Assembly (NCBI RefSeq): GCF_035633935.1
Contig: NZ_DASQDY010000434.1
Location: 1,007-65,006, forward strand
Direction: 5' to 3'
Length of the DNA stretch: 64,000 bases
Source of the DNA: Archangium sp.
GTDB taxonomy: Bacteria > Myxococcota > Myxococcia > Myxococcales > Myxococcaceae
How positions within the stretch are numbered: position 1 is the first letter of the stretch; the number at the start of each line of letters is the position of its first letter. The position numbers and the translations under genes are program-made. Under the pieces are notes generated by a model that worked only from the letters and a program-made list of their open reading frames with translations, ran no database searches and was not told where the DNA came from. Positions 47,979-57,473 of the stretch are shown here, in pieces.

Positions 47979-49793
47979 GTGCCAGAGGGACTGAAGGTGA
48001 GTGCACCAGAGGGATTGAAGGGCCTGGCGGTCTGGACCACGCGTCCGTCCTGGCTGGGGAGCACGTCGGGGTTGGTGCTGGCACTGCTGTACGGCAAACT
48101 CACCCACTCGATGCCCGCGGGCAGTGGCTGGCTCTTCCTCGGGTTGCTGCTGGCGGTGCTGGTGATGAACACCGCCCTGTCCAGTGCCCAGGAGCGGCAC
48201 TCGTTGCGCGTGCTGCGGGCGGTGGAGGAGGGGCGGCTGCCGGCCCATCCGGACAACCTGCGCCGGGCGCTGCGGGAGGTGCGCCGCGTCCCCGGGCGGT
48301 GCTTCTGGTTCACCCTCCAGGGGTGGCTGGGGGGCGCGCTGATGCTGGCGGTGACGTTCTCGCCCCTGGCGGATGCCCGCTGGACCATGGGGGTGCGCAT
48401 CGGGCTGGTGGGCCTGTCGCTCGGCCCGCTGTCCGCCATGCTCGTCTACCTCATGGTGGTGCGCCGTGGCCGCCGGGCCGCCGAGCGCATCGCCGCGCAC
48501 GGCCTGTCTCCCCAGGAGGTCATCGCCGCCCTTCCCGCAGAGCGGCTGCGGTTGCGGCGGCGGCTGGTGATGTTCACCGCGGTGGCAGTGCTCAGCCCGT
48601 CCGTCTTCATCCTCGACGTGTCGGTGAGCCGCACCTTGAGCACCTTCGATCGGATCCTCGAGACGAAGGAGCCCCAGGTGCAGCGGGAGGTGGTGCACCG
48701 GGCGCGCCGGGCCACCGGTTGGCCCCTGGGGGTGCTCGCCGGGCTGGTGGTGGTGCTGGTGGTGGGCACGGCCTACGTGGCCGGCACGGCGCTGGCCGAG
48801 CCCCTGCGTGCCCTCTCCGAGGACGCCACGCGTATCGCCCAGGGCGAGGTCCGCACCCCGCGCTTCATCCCCGCCGAGGACGAGGTGTGGGCCGTGTCCG
48901 GCGCCTTCACCCGCATGCAGGCGCAGCTCGCCCAGGCGCTCGTGCAACTGCAGCGCGCGGGACTTCAAATCTCCTCCACCACCGAGCAGCTGGTGGCCAC
49001 CTCGGCGGACCAGGAGGCCGGGGCGGGCGAGCAGGCCATCTCGCTCAACGAGACGCGGGCCACCACCGAGGAGCTGGCACGCTCGGCCCAGCAGATCGCC
49101 GTCAACGCCGAGTCGGTGTCGGCCATGGCGGAGACCACCTTCGGGGCGGCACAGAGCGGGCAGCGCAGCGCGGCGGCCTTCCTCGCCGCCATGCACCGCA
49201 TGAAGGGCGACAACCAGGCCATCGCCGACGCGGTGGTGCGGCTCAACAAGCGGGTGCAGCAGATCGGCAAGGTGGTGGAGTTCATCAACGAGATCGCCGA
49301 CAAGTCGGACCTGCTGGCGCTCAACGCCGAGCTGGAGGGCACCAAGGCGGGCGAGCCAGGCCGGGGCTTCTCGCTGGTGGCCGCGGAGATGCGGCGGCTG
49401 GCGGAGAACGTGCTGTCCTCCACCCTGGCCATCGAGCGGCTCATCGATGAAATCCGCGACGCCACCCAGGCGGCGGTGATGGCCACGGAGGCGGGCCTGA
49501 AGACGACGGAGCGCGGCGCCTCGCTGGCGGCGCAGGTGGATCAGAGCCTGGGTCTCATCCTCGAGCTGGCGCGGCAGACGTCCCACGCGGTGCGCTCCAT
49601 CTCCCTGGCCACGCAGCAGCAGCAGACGGGCACGGATCAGCTCGCCGCGGCCATGGGTGACATCCTGCGCGTCACCGAGGAGAACGTCGAAGCCACCCAG
49701 CAGATGGTGGCCGCCAACACGGACCTGTCCGCGCTGGCGCGCGACCTGAAGGCCACGGTGCAGCGCTTCCGCGTGGGGGAGAGGGAGGGGTGA
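47979..49793 (+). CDS. Methyl-accepting chemotaxis protein (multi-TM)
   Basis: Several TMs, HAMP, IADKSDLLALNAELEGTKAGEPGRGFSLVAAEMRRLAE. Start uncertain (47973, 47979 or 47997). Confidence 0.9.
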   Translation: MPEGLKVSAPEGLKGLAVWTTRPSWLGSTSGLVLALLYGKLTHSMPAGSGWLFLGLLLAVLVMNTALSSAQERHSLRVLRAVEEGRLPAHPDNLRRALREVRRVPGRCFWFTLQGWLGGALMLAVTFSPLADARWTMGVRIGLVGLSLGPLSAMLVYLMVVRRGRRAAERIAAHGLSPQEVIAALPAERLRLRRRLVMFTAVAVLSPSVFILDVSVSRTLSTFDRILETKEPQVQREVVHRARRATGWPLGVLAGLVVVLVVGTAYVAGTALAEPLRALSEDATRIAQGEVRTPRFIPAEDEVWAVSGAFTRMQAQLAQALVQLQRAGLQISSTTEQLVATSADQEAGAGEQAISLNETRATTEELARSAQQIAVNAESVSAMAETTFGAAQSGQRSAAAFLAAMHRMKGDNQAIADAVVRLNKRVQQIGKVVEFINEIADKSDLLALNAELEGTKAGEPGRGFSLVAAEMRRLAENVLSSTLAIERLIDEIRDATQAAVMATEAGLKTTERGASLAAQVDQSLGLILELARQTSHAVRSISLATQQQQTGTDQLAAAMGDILRVTEENVEATQQMVAANTDLSALARDLKATVQRFRVGEREG

Positions 49794-51613
49794 TGCGGGG
49801 CCTGCGCTTCCTCCGTCTCCGGCGTCCCTTCAGCCGCCCCCTGGTGATGGCGATCATCGTCGCCAACCTCACCACCTTCATCCTCGGCGCGCGCCACGTG
49901 CAGCTCACCATCGGTGAGCGGCTGGACGGCAGCTTCCCCTTGTTCCTCGAGCTGATGGGGGCGTTCTCCTGCATCGCCATCGTGGTGCAGGCGGTCTTCT
50001 GCCTGCGCCGGTTGCGCGTGCTGCTCGGCGTGGAGGTCATGGCAGGGGAGAGCGGGCCAGAGCAGCTCGGGCAGGCGTTGCTGGAGGTCCACCGCCTCGC
50101 GGACTTCTCCTTCTTCTCCACGCTCGCGCTGTGGCTGCTCACCTCCGTCTTCGTCAACCTGGGGCTGTGGGCGAGCGGTGCGTCCACGAGCTTTCTCGAT
50201 GCGCTGCGCATCGGCTGGCCGGGACTGCTCTTCGGCCCGCTCTCCGCGCTGCTGACGTACTGCATCGTCACGCTGCGGGCCCGGCGCGTGGTGCTGGACA
50301 TGGCCCCCCTGGGGCTGACACCCGAGCTGGCCATCTCCGTGGCGCCCCGGCGCTCGCAGATCCGCCTGCGGCTGAGCGTCTTCACCGCCATCGTCGTGGT
50401 GATGCCGGCGGTGCTCATCTGGGACGTGTCCTCGGCGCTGGCCCACCGGGCCTTCGACCAGGTGCTGGCGGAGACGGACCCGGCGCGGCAGGCGGAGCTG
50501 GTCGAGATGCTGCGCACCGAGGCGGTGATGTCCGGTGGCGCGTTGTGCCTGCTGGTCTTCGGGGTGGCCCTGGCCGCCGCCTACCTGGGCGGCACGCTCC
50601 TGGGCCGTCCCATGCGCCAGCTCGGTGAGGACGCCCACCGCATCGCCGAGGGCGATCTCAGCCGCCCGCGCATCATCCCCGCCGAGGACGAGGTGTGGTC
50701 CGTCTCCGCCGCCTTCTCCACCATGCGGGCCCACCTGGCGGACGTGCTGGCGCAACTGCAGCGCGCCGGCTACCGCATCGGCACCACCACCGAGGAGATC
50801 CTCTCCACTTCCTCGCGCTACGAGGCCGGTGCCGCCGAGCAGGCCAGCTCGCTGGACGAGACGAGCGCCACCACCGAGCAGCTGGCGCGCTCGGCGCGGC
50901 AGATCGCCGAGAACGCCGGCTCGGTGGCGGAGATCGCCCACAAGACGCTCGCGGCGGCCAAGGCCGGCCAGGCCAGCTCCGAGGCCTTCCTGGAGACGAT
51001 GAACCGCATGCGCCACGACAACCAGGCCATCGCCGCGGCGGTGGCCCGGTTGAACAAGCGGGTGCAGCAGATCGGCAAGATCGTCGAGTTCATCAACGGG
51101 GTGGCCGACAAGTCGGACCTGCTGGCGCTCAACGCCGAGCTGGAGGGCACCAAGGCGGGCGAGGTGGGGCAGGGCTTCTCGCTGGTGGCGGCGGAGATGC
51201 GCCGGCTGGCGGAGAACGTCATCGAGTCCACCAAGGAGATAGAGGGCCTCATCGAGGAGGTGCGGGACGCCTCGGGGGCGGCGGTGATGGCCACCGAGGG
51301 CGGGGTGCGCGCCACCGAGACGGGCACCTCGCTGGCGCAGCAGGTCTCCGAGTCGCTGCGGCAGATCGTCGAGCTGGCCGGGCGCACGTCGGACGCGGTG
51401 AGGGCCATCTCGCTGGCCACCCAGCAGCAGCAGGGCGGAACGGATCTGCTGGCCGAGGCCATGGCGGACATCCTGCGCATCACCCAGCAGAGCCACAACG
51501 CCACCAAGCAGGTCATCAGCGCCAACGGCGATCTGTCCACGCTGGCGCGTGACTTGAGAGGGGTGGTGGAGCGCTTCCAGATCGACCCGCCGAGGTCAGG
51601 GGGGAACGGGTGA
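49790..51613 (+). CDS. Methyl-accepting chemotaxis protein (multi-TM), second
   Basis: VADKSDLLALNAELEGTKAGEVGQGFSLVAAEMRRLAE; GTGA overlap with the first MCP. Confidence 0.92.
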   Translation: MMRGLRFLRLRRPFSRPLVMAIIVANLTTFILGARHVQLTIGERLDGSFPLFLELMGAFSCIAIVVQAVFCLRRLRVLLGVEVMAGESGPEQLGQALLEVHRLADFSFFSTLALWLLTSVFVNLGLWASGASTSFLDALRIGWPGLLFGPLSALLTYCIVTLRARRVVLDMAPLGLTPELAISVAPRRSQIRLRLSVFTAIVVVMPAVLIWDVSSALAHRAFDQVLAETDPARQAELVEMLRTEAVMSGGALCLLVFGVALAAAYLGGTLLGRPMRQLGEDAHRIAEGDLSRPRIIPAEDEVWSVSAAFSTMRAHLADVLAQLQRAGYRIGTTTEEILSTSSRYEAGAAEQASSLDETSATTEQLARSARQIAENAGSVAEIAHKTLAAAKAGQASSEAFLETMNRMRHDNQAIAAAVARLNKRVQQIGKIVEFINGVADKSDLLALNAELEGTKAGEVGQGFSLVAAEMRRLAENVIESTKEIEGLIEEVRDASGAAVMATEGGVRATETGTSLAQQVSESLRQIVELAGRTSDAVRAISLATQQQQGGTDLLAEAMADILRITQQSHNATKQVISANGDLSTLARDLRGVVERFQIDPPRSGGNG

Positions 51614-54060
51614 GCGCGCGGGAGAAGCTGCTCAAGCAGTTCCGCGAGCTGGTGGGGGTGCGCCTGGAGCGCATCAACCGCCGCATCGTGGAGCTGGAGG
51701 CGGGCGCGAGCCTGGAGGCCGGCCGCACCGTGCTGCGCGAGCTGCACGGGCTCAAGGGCGAGGCCCGGATGATGGGCTTCGACGACATCAACTCCGTCGT
51801 CCACGAGATGGAGGAGCTGGTGCGCTCCACCGAGCGCGCCGAGCATGCGCTGTCCGCTGGCTCCATCGATGCGCTGCTCCAGGCCGGGGACGCGGTGTTG
51901 GTGCTGGCCGGGGCGTCACCCGAGCCGCAGCAGAGGCCTCCCGAGGTGGGCAAGCTGGTGCGCTGGCTGCAGGAGTGCACCCGCACCGAGGTGTCCGAGC
52001 TGGCGGGGTCCGGTCCGGCGTCTTCGGGTGTGGCGTCGCGGGTGGAGGCGTCCGCCCCGAGCTCGACGCGGGCCCCTGCCTCCCGGGGAGAGCCCGCCAC
52101 CCCGTCCGCGCGCGGGGAGCCCCAGGCACGGGAGCGGGACGACCGGGAGGACATCACTCCCGCGTGGGGCTCGGCTCCGCTGGGCGTGGGCGTCATGGTA
52201 CCCTCGCTGGTGTCCCGGCAGGCACCGCCCCGGACCTCCATGGTGGGCCGGACGGTGGCGGTGGAGCCTCCGCGCGCGCAGGCCTCCGCGACGGTCACGG
52301 CCACCATCAACAGGATGCCGCCGGCCACACCCGAGCCTCCGCCCCGGACGGCCTCCGTGCGCACCGGGGAGCGCACCGACGGCTCGGTGCGCATCGGCGT
52401 GACGAGCCTGGACCTGCTGACGAGCGCGGTGACGAACCTCACCCAGGTGTCGCGCCGCCGCGAGCTGGCCACGGCCCGGCGGTTGGAGCTGGCCCGGGAG
52501 CTGAGCCTGCTGGCGCGGGTCGCGGAGGACCTGGGGCCGGCGGCCGCCGCGCTGTCGGAACGGCTTGGCAAGGCGAAGGAGCTGGCCGCCGCCCTCCACC
52601 GTGAGGCGAAGCTGCTGGCGAACGAGGAACTGCGCGACCTGGGCTACGTGGCCGAGGAGGTGCAGCGCCTGCGCATGCTGCCGCTTTCCGTCCTCTTCGA
52701 GCCCTACCCGCGCATGGTGCGCGACCTGGGGCGCGAGCTGGGCAAGGAAGTGGAGCTGGTGGTGGACGGCGAGGACACCCGCGCCGACCGGGCGGTGGTG
52801 GAGGCGCTGAGAGACCCCTTGCTGCACCTGGTGCGCAACGCGCTGGACCACGGGCTGGAGTCGCGGGTGGACCGGGTAGCCTCGGGCAAGCACCCGCGCG
52901 GGCGGTTGACGCTGGGGGCCGCGCGCGATGGCAACCGGCTGGTGCTGCGGGTGGAGGACGACGGCGTGGGGCTGGAGCCCACGCTGTTGCGCCGGGCGGC
53001 GGTGCGCAAGGGCTTCCTGGACGAGGCCTCGGCGTCGGCGCTGACGGACCAGGCGGCGCGCGAGCTCATCTTCCTCTCCGGCTTCACCTCGCGCGAGGTG
53101 GCCACGGACATCTCCGGGCGGGGCGTGGGGCTGGACGCGGTGCGCAGCTCGCTGCGGGCGCTGGGCGGAGACGTGCTGGTGGCGTCCACGCCGGGCCGGG
53201 GCACGCGCTTCGAGCTGCGGGTGCCCGTGTCCCTCACGGTGGCTCCGCTGCTCTTCGTGAAGGTGGCCGAGGAGACGCTCTGCCTGAGCGCCGTCCACGT
53301 CTCGCGGGCCGTGAAGGTGGAGGCCTCGCAGATCAAGGAAGTGGCCGGGCGCGCGGTGCTGCAGGTGGATGAGCAGCCCATGCCCTTCGCCTCGCTGGGG
53401 GCCATGCTCGGGCTGGGGCCGGAGCAGGTGGCGGGCGAGGGGGCTCTGGTCTTGGTGGTGCGCAGCCAGGGCGCCACGGCCGCGCTGGCGGTGGACCGGG
53501 TGCTGGAGGAGAGCGTCCAGGCCATCCTGCCGCTGAAGGGGCTGCTGGCGCGCTTTCCGCACCTCACCGGCGCCACCACCCTGGCGGACGGCCGGCTCGC
53601 CATGGTGCTGTCGGCGGCCCACCTCATTGCCAGCGCCCAGGGAGCCATGGGCCCGCGGGTGCCGCACGTGCCCGCCCGCCCGCTTCCCGCTCCCCGCCGC
53701 CGCATCCTCGTGGTGGACGACTCCCCCCTCACCCGCGAGCTCATCGGCTCGCTGCTGGAGGCCGTGGGGTACGACGTCCTCATGGCCTCCGACGGCATGG
53801 AGGCCCTGGACATGCTCAACGGCACCAAGGTGGATCTGGTCTGCACCGACCTGGAGATGCCCCGGGTGGATGGACTGGAGCTCACCCGCCGGCTCAAGGC
53901 CCATATGACCTATAAGGTTCTCCCGGTGGTCATCCTCACCACCCGTGGAGGGGAGGAGGACCGGCAGCGCGGGTTGGCGGCCGGGGCGGATGGATACATC
54001 ACCAAGGGTGACCTGGTGCGTCAGGATCTGGTGGACGTGGTGGGCCGGCTCCTGGGCTGA
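51610..54060 (+). CDS. cheA: CheA-receiver hybrid kinase (Che3-like)
   Basis: HPt RELHGLKG, HLVRNALDHG, SGRGVGLD, CheW-like P5, C-terminal receiver VVDDS...TDLEMP. Confidence 0.95.
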   Translation: MSAREKLLKQFRELVGVRLERINRRIVELEAGASLEAGRTVLRELHGLKGEARMMGFDDINSVVHEMEELVRSTERAEHALSAGSIDALLQAGDAVLVLAGASPEPQQRPPEVGKLVRWLQECTRTEVSELAGSGPASSGVASRVEASAPSSTRAPASRGEPATPSARGEPQARERDDREDITPAWGSAPLGVGVMVPSLVSRQAPPRTSMVGRTVAVEPPRAQASATVTATINRMPPATPEPPPRTASVRTGERTDGSVRIGVTSLDLLTSAVTNLTQVSRRRELATARRLELARELSLLARVAEDLGPAAAALSERLGKAKELAAALHREAKLLANEELRDLGYVAEEVQRLRMLPLSVLFEPYPRMVRDLGRELGKEVELVVDGEDTRADRAVVEALRDPLLHLVRNALDHGLESRVDRVASGKHPRGRLTLGAARDGNRLVLRVEDDGVGLEPTLLRRAAVRKGFLDEASASALTDQAARELIFLSGFTSREVATDISGRGVGLDAVRSSLRALGGDVLVASTPGRGTRFELRVPVSLTVAPLLFVKVAEETLCLSAVHVSRAVKVEASQIKEVAGRAVLQVDEQPMPFASLGAMLGLGPEQVAGEGALVLVVRSQGATAALAVDRVLEESVQAILPLKGLLARFPHLTGATTLADGRLAMVLSAAHLIASAQGAMGPRVPHVPARPLPAPRRRILVVDDSPLTRELIGSLLEAVGYDVLMASDGMEALDMLNGTKVDLVCTDLEMPRVDGLELTRRLKAHMTYKVLPVVILTTRGGEEDRQRGLAAGADGYITKGDLVRQDLVDVVGRLLG

Positions 54061-54129
54061 CGGGCGCCCGCGGGACAGTCGGCCACATTGGGTATACTCG
54101 GGGCGTCGCGCAGGGGGTATGGAAGCCAC

Positions 54130-55194
54130 ATGGGCAAGAAAGTGTCGGTGCTGGTCGTTGACGACTCGGACATCTGCCGACAGCTGATCCGTGAAGCACT
54201 GAGCCGGGATCCGGATCTGGAAGTCGTCGGGACTTGCGCCAACGGCAAGGAGGCCCTCGAGGCCGCCCGGGAGCTGCGTCCACAGGTCATCACCATGGAC
54301 GTGGAGATGCCGGTGATGGATGGGCTCACGGCCGTGGAGCACATCATGGCCGAGGTGCCCACACCCATCCTGATGCTGACGGCGGATCCTCGCCAGCAGG
54401 CGCCGGAGCTGACGTGCCGGGCGTTGGAGCTGGGCGCGCTGGCGCTGCAGATCAAACCGGCCATCGACGCGGGGCCGGAGGCGTGGAACCTGTCGCGCGA
54501 GGTGAAGCTGCTGTCCTCGGTGCGGGTCATCCGGCACATCCACAACAGCAAGCGCCGGCCGCCGCTGCCGGGCACGGGCGGAACGACGCCCGCGCCGGCG
54601 GTGGGGATGCCCTATGGGGTGCTGGCGGTGGCCAGCTCCACGGGAGGCCCGCAGGTGCTCTTCCGGATGCTGTCCGAGCTGCCGGCGGACTTCCCCACGC
54701 CCATCGTCGTCGCGCAGCACATCAACGCCGCCTTCTCCGAGTCGCTGGCGGGCTGGTTGGCCAACTCCTCGAAGCTGAAGGTGCGGCTGGCGCAGGATGG
54801 CGAGCAGCTGCTGCCGGGCAACGTGCTGATCGCCCCGCCGGGGCAGCACATGGTGATTCCCTTCCGCGGGCGGGTGGCGCTGCGGCCGGGCGTGGAGCGC
54901 GATGGGCACATGCCATCGGGGACGGTGCTGCTGGAGAGCGCGGCCAAGGCCTATGGGCGGCGCACGCTGGGGCTCATCCTCACGGGCATGGGCGAGGACG
55001 GGGCGGACGGCATGCTCGCCATCAGGCATGCCGGTGGCCTGACGCTGGCGCAGAACGAGGAGTCCTGCGTGGTGTTCGGCATGCCGGGCGCGGCGGTGGC
55101 GCGCAAGGCGGTGGATCACCTCGTCCACAGCGACGACATCGCGGGGGCACTGGTGCGGCTCGCCCGCGGTGAGACCCTCGCCTCGGGGCGCTGA
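54130..55194 (+). CDS. cheB: Chemotaxis methylesterase
   Basis: Receiver plus ASSTGG, QHI and GMGEDG catalytic motifs. Confidence 0.95.
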   Translation: MGKKVSVLVVDDSDICRQLIREALSRDPDLEVVGTCANGKEALEAARELRPQVITMDVEMPVMDGLTAVEHIMAEVPTPILMLTADPRQQAPELTCRALELGALALQIKPAIDAGPEAWNLSREVKLLSSVRVIRHIHNSKRRPPLPGTGGTTPAPAVGMPYGVLAVASSTGGPQVLFRMLSELPADFPTPIVVAQHINAAFSESLAGWLANSSKLKVRLAQDGEQLLPGNVLIAPPGQHMVIPFRGRVALRPGVERDGHMPSGTVLLESAAKAYGRRTLGLILTGMGEDGADGMLAIRHAGGLTLAQNEESCVVFGMPGAAVARKAVDHLVHSDDIAGALVRLARGETLASGR

Positions 55195-55200
55195 GACCCG

Positions 55201-56532
55201 GTGGCTCCCACGCTCCCGTCCGTCTCCGGTCCCTTCCACGCGTTCGTGGCGCGGCGGACGGGCATGGCCCTGAGTGACCTGCAGTGCCGGCGGCTCGACG
55301 AGAAGCTGGCGGCGCGGCCGGGCGGGCTGAGCGTGCAGTACCTGCTGCACCTGCAGTCTCCCGCGGGCACCGCGGACCTGGCCGAGCTCATCGACGCCAT
55401 CGCCGTGCAGAAGACGGAGCTCTTCCGGGACGAGCCGCAGCTGAGGGCGCTGCGCACGCACGTGCTGGAGCCGATGGTGGCGCGGATGCGCCGGCCGCTG
55501 CGGCTGTGGAGCGCCGGCTGCGCCACGGGTGAGGAGGTGGCCACGCTGCTGGTGCTGCTCGCCGAGGTGGGGGCGGATCCGGCCAGCACGGTGCTGGGCA
55601 CGGACATCTCGGAGACGGCCCTCGTGCGAGCGCGGGAGCTGTGCTTCACCGCGGAGCAGTTCCAGCGGGTGCCGTCCGGGGTGCGCGAGCGCTGGTTCAT
55701 GCCCGCCGCCGTGGGCCGCTACACGCTGGTGGGGCACCTGAGGGACCGGGCCAGCTTCCTGTGCCACAACCTGATGGACGTGCCGTACCCGACGGCGGCG
55801 GAGGGGCAGGGCTTCGACATCATCGTCTGCCGCAATGTCCTCATCTACTTCACCCCCGAGTCCTTCGACCGGGTGGTGGCGGCGCTGGCGGGGCGGCTCG
55901 CGCCCGAGGGCGTGTTGGTGCTCTCCGCCGCCGAGCCGCTGCTGCGCACGCCGCCGGGCCTGCGCACCATGCGCTTCGAACAGGCCTTCTTCTACGTCCG
56001 CGCGCCGGAGTCCGCTCCTTCCACCGACGCGGTGCCGCTCGGGGCCGTGAGGACGCCGAGCTCCAGTGGGCTGCCGGCGGTGGGGGCGCGGCAGCACCTG
56101 CTGAAGACGCCGAGCTCCAGTGGATTGCCGGCGGTGGGCACACGGCAGCCCCTGGACACGGGGAGCGCGGCTCCCGCCGAGGTTCAGCCCGGGGAGGCCG
56201 GCGCGCACCCGGAGGCGGACGCCCTCTTCGCCCGGGTGCTGGAGTGGGCCACCTCGGGAGGCGAGGCGAGTCCCCAGGCGACGGAGTCGCTGCGGCGCTG
56301 CCTCACGTTGGACCCGGACCTGGCCGCGGCGCGCTATCTGCTGGGGATGTTGCTGGAGCAGCGGGGCGCGCTGGCCGAGGCCGCCGGGGAATACCGGCGG
56401 GCCCTGCGCTCGCTGGAGGTGGGGAGGGCCCGCGCCACCCCCTTCTACCTCAACAACGCCCGGCTCCAGGTGGCCTGCGCGCGCGCCATCGAGCGGGTGG
56501 AGCGGGCCGCGGGTCCGGCTCCGGCGCGTTGA
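55201..56532 (+). CDS. cheR: Chemotaxis methyltransferase with C-terminal TPR
   Basis: TELFRD, WSAGCATGEE, CRNVLIYF; TPR ARYLLGMLL. Confidence 0.93.
   Translation: MAPTLPSVSGPFHAFVARRTGMALSDLQCRRLDEKLAARPGGLSVQYLLHLQSPAGTADLAELIDAIAVQKTELFRDEPQLRALRTHVLEPMVARMRRPLRLWSAGCATGEEVATLLVLLAEVGADPASTVLGTDISETALVRARELCFTAEQFQRVPSGVRERWFMPAAVGRYTLVGHLRDRASFLCHNLMDVPYPTAAEGQGFDIIVCRNVLIYFTPESFDRVVAALAGRLAPEGVLVLSAAEPLLRTPPGLRTMRFEQAFFYVRAPESAPSTDAVPLGAVRTPSSSGLPAVGARQHLLKTPSSSGLPAVGTRQPLDTGSAAPAEVQPGEAGAHPEADALFARVLEWATSGGEASPQATESLRRCLTLDPDLAAARYLLGMLLEQRGALAEAAGEYRRALRSLEVGRARATPFYLNNARLQVACARAIERVERAAGPAPAR
56053..56149. repeat. Imperfect tandem repeat, 54-bp period, in the CheR linker
   Basis: ACGCCGAGCTCCAGTGG starts at 56053 and 56107, encoding TPSSSGLPAVG twice. 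Confidence 0.85.
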
Positions 56533-56609
56533 AGGGCGGGCAGGCGGGCCCCGGGGCCGTGAAGAAGCCCGAGCGGGCCGGGGGGTTTGACCCTAAGATG
56601 CGCCCCCCT

Positions 56610-57473
56610 ATGCGAAGGCTCGCTCTGATCGCCCTCCCGCTCGCGCTCTCCGGCTGTTTCTACCCCGCGGACCGCGGGCGTGCGCTGGAGACCCGCCTCG
56701 AGAAGCTCGATGCCACCCAGGCGCAGCTCCAGACGGAGCTGAAGCAGACACGTGAGAAGCTCGACGCCACGCTGCCGCGAATCGACGAGAAGATCGCCGA
56801 GGTCACCAAGGCCCTGGAGGGCCTGGACAAGGCCTCGCGGCGCACGGGCGCGGACATCAGCGTCCAGCTCCAGAAGACGGTGGAGGACCTGTCCCAGCTG
56901 CGCGGCCAGGTGGAGACATATCTCTACAAGATGGGCGAGCTGGAGTCGGCGCTCGCGAAGACGAACGAGGAGACGGACAAGCGGCTGCTGGCGCTCAAGG
57001 GCGACGAGGCCCTCAAGGAGGCCGAGGCCCGGAAGAAGGCCGAGGAGTTGAAGCGGCCCACGGACAAGAAGGAGTTCCTCGCGCTGGCCCAGGAGAAGGC
57101 GAAGGGGGGCGACATGGCCCTGGCCCGGCAGCTCTACTCGGAGTTCCTCAAGAAGTGGCCGAAGGACGCGCTGGCCGCCGAGGCCCACTTCGGCCTGGGC
57201 GAGACGTACTTCGCCGAGGACAAGTGCCGCGAGGCCCTCTTCGAATACGGCAAGCTGCTGCAGGAGCACCCCAAGGCGGACTCCACGCCGGACGCGTACC
57301 TGCGCTCGTCGGAGTGCTTCAAGAAGCTGAAGATGCAGGAGGAGTCGCGGCTGGCGCTCGAGGAGCTCGTGAAGGGCTACCCGAAGTCGGAGGCGGCGAA
57401 GACGGCCAAGGCGCGGCTCGCGGAGTTGGACAAGGCGAAGAAGGCCGAGCCGAAGAAGGGTGGCAGGAAATGA
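56610..57473 (+). CDS. CpoB/YbgF-like coiled-coil plus TPR lipoprotein
   Basis: MRRLALIALPLALSGC lipobox, long coiled coil, TPR (AHFGLGETYF, AYLRSSECF). Alternative start 56598. Confidence 0.8.
   Translation: MRRLALIALPLALSGCFYPADRGRALETRLEKLDATQAQLQTELKQTREKLDATLPRIDEKIAEVTKALEGLDKASRRTGADISVQLQKTVEDLSQLRGQVETYLYKMGELESALAKTNEETDKRLLALKGDEALKEAEARKKAEELKRPTDKKEFLALAQEKAKGGDMALARQLYSEFLKKWPKDALAAEAHFGLGETYFAEDKCREALFEYGKLLQEHPKADSTPDAYLRSSECFKKLKMQEESRLALEELVKGYPKSEAAKTAKARLAELDKAKKAEPKKGGRK

Noticed and set aside
47982-48021. 16-bp direct repeat CCAGAGGGA(C/T)TGAAGG at the MCP 5' end
   Set aside because: Only two copies at a 24-bp period, in frame; a small local duplication that only blurs the start codon.
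51916-56208. 1430-aa minus-strand ORF, plus similar long ORFs at 27903-30308, 32247-34184, 21880-23712 and 10356-12599
   Set aside because: Antisense shadows of well-supported genes; typical of high-GC codon bias and lacking domain motifs.
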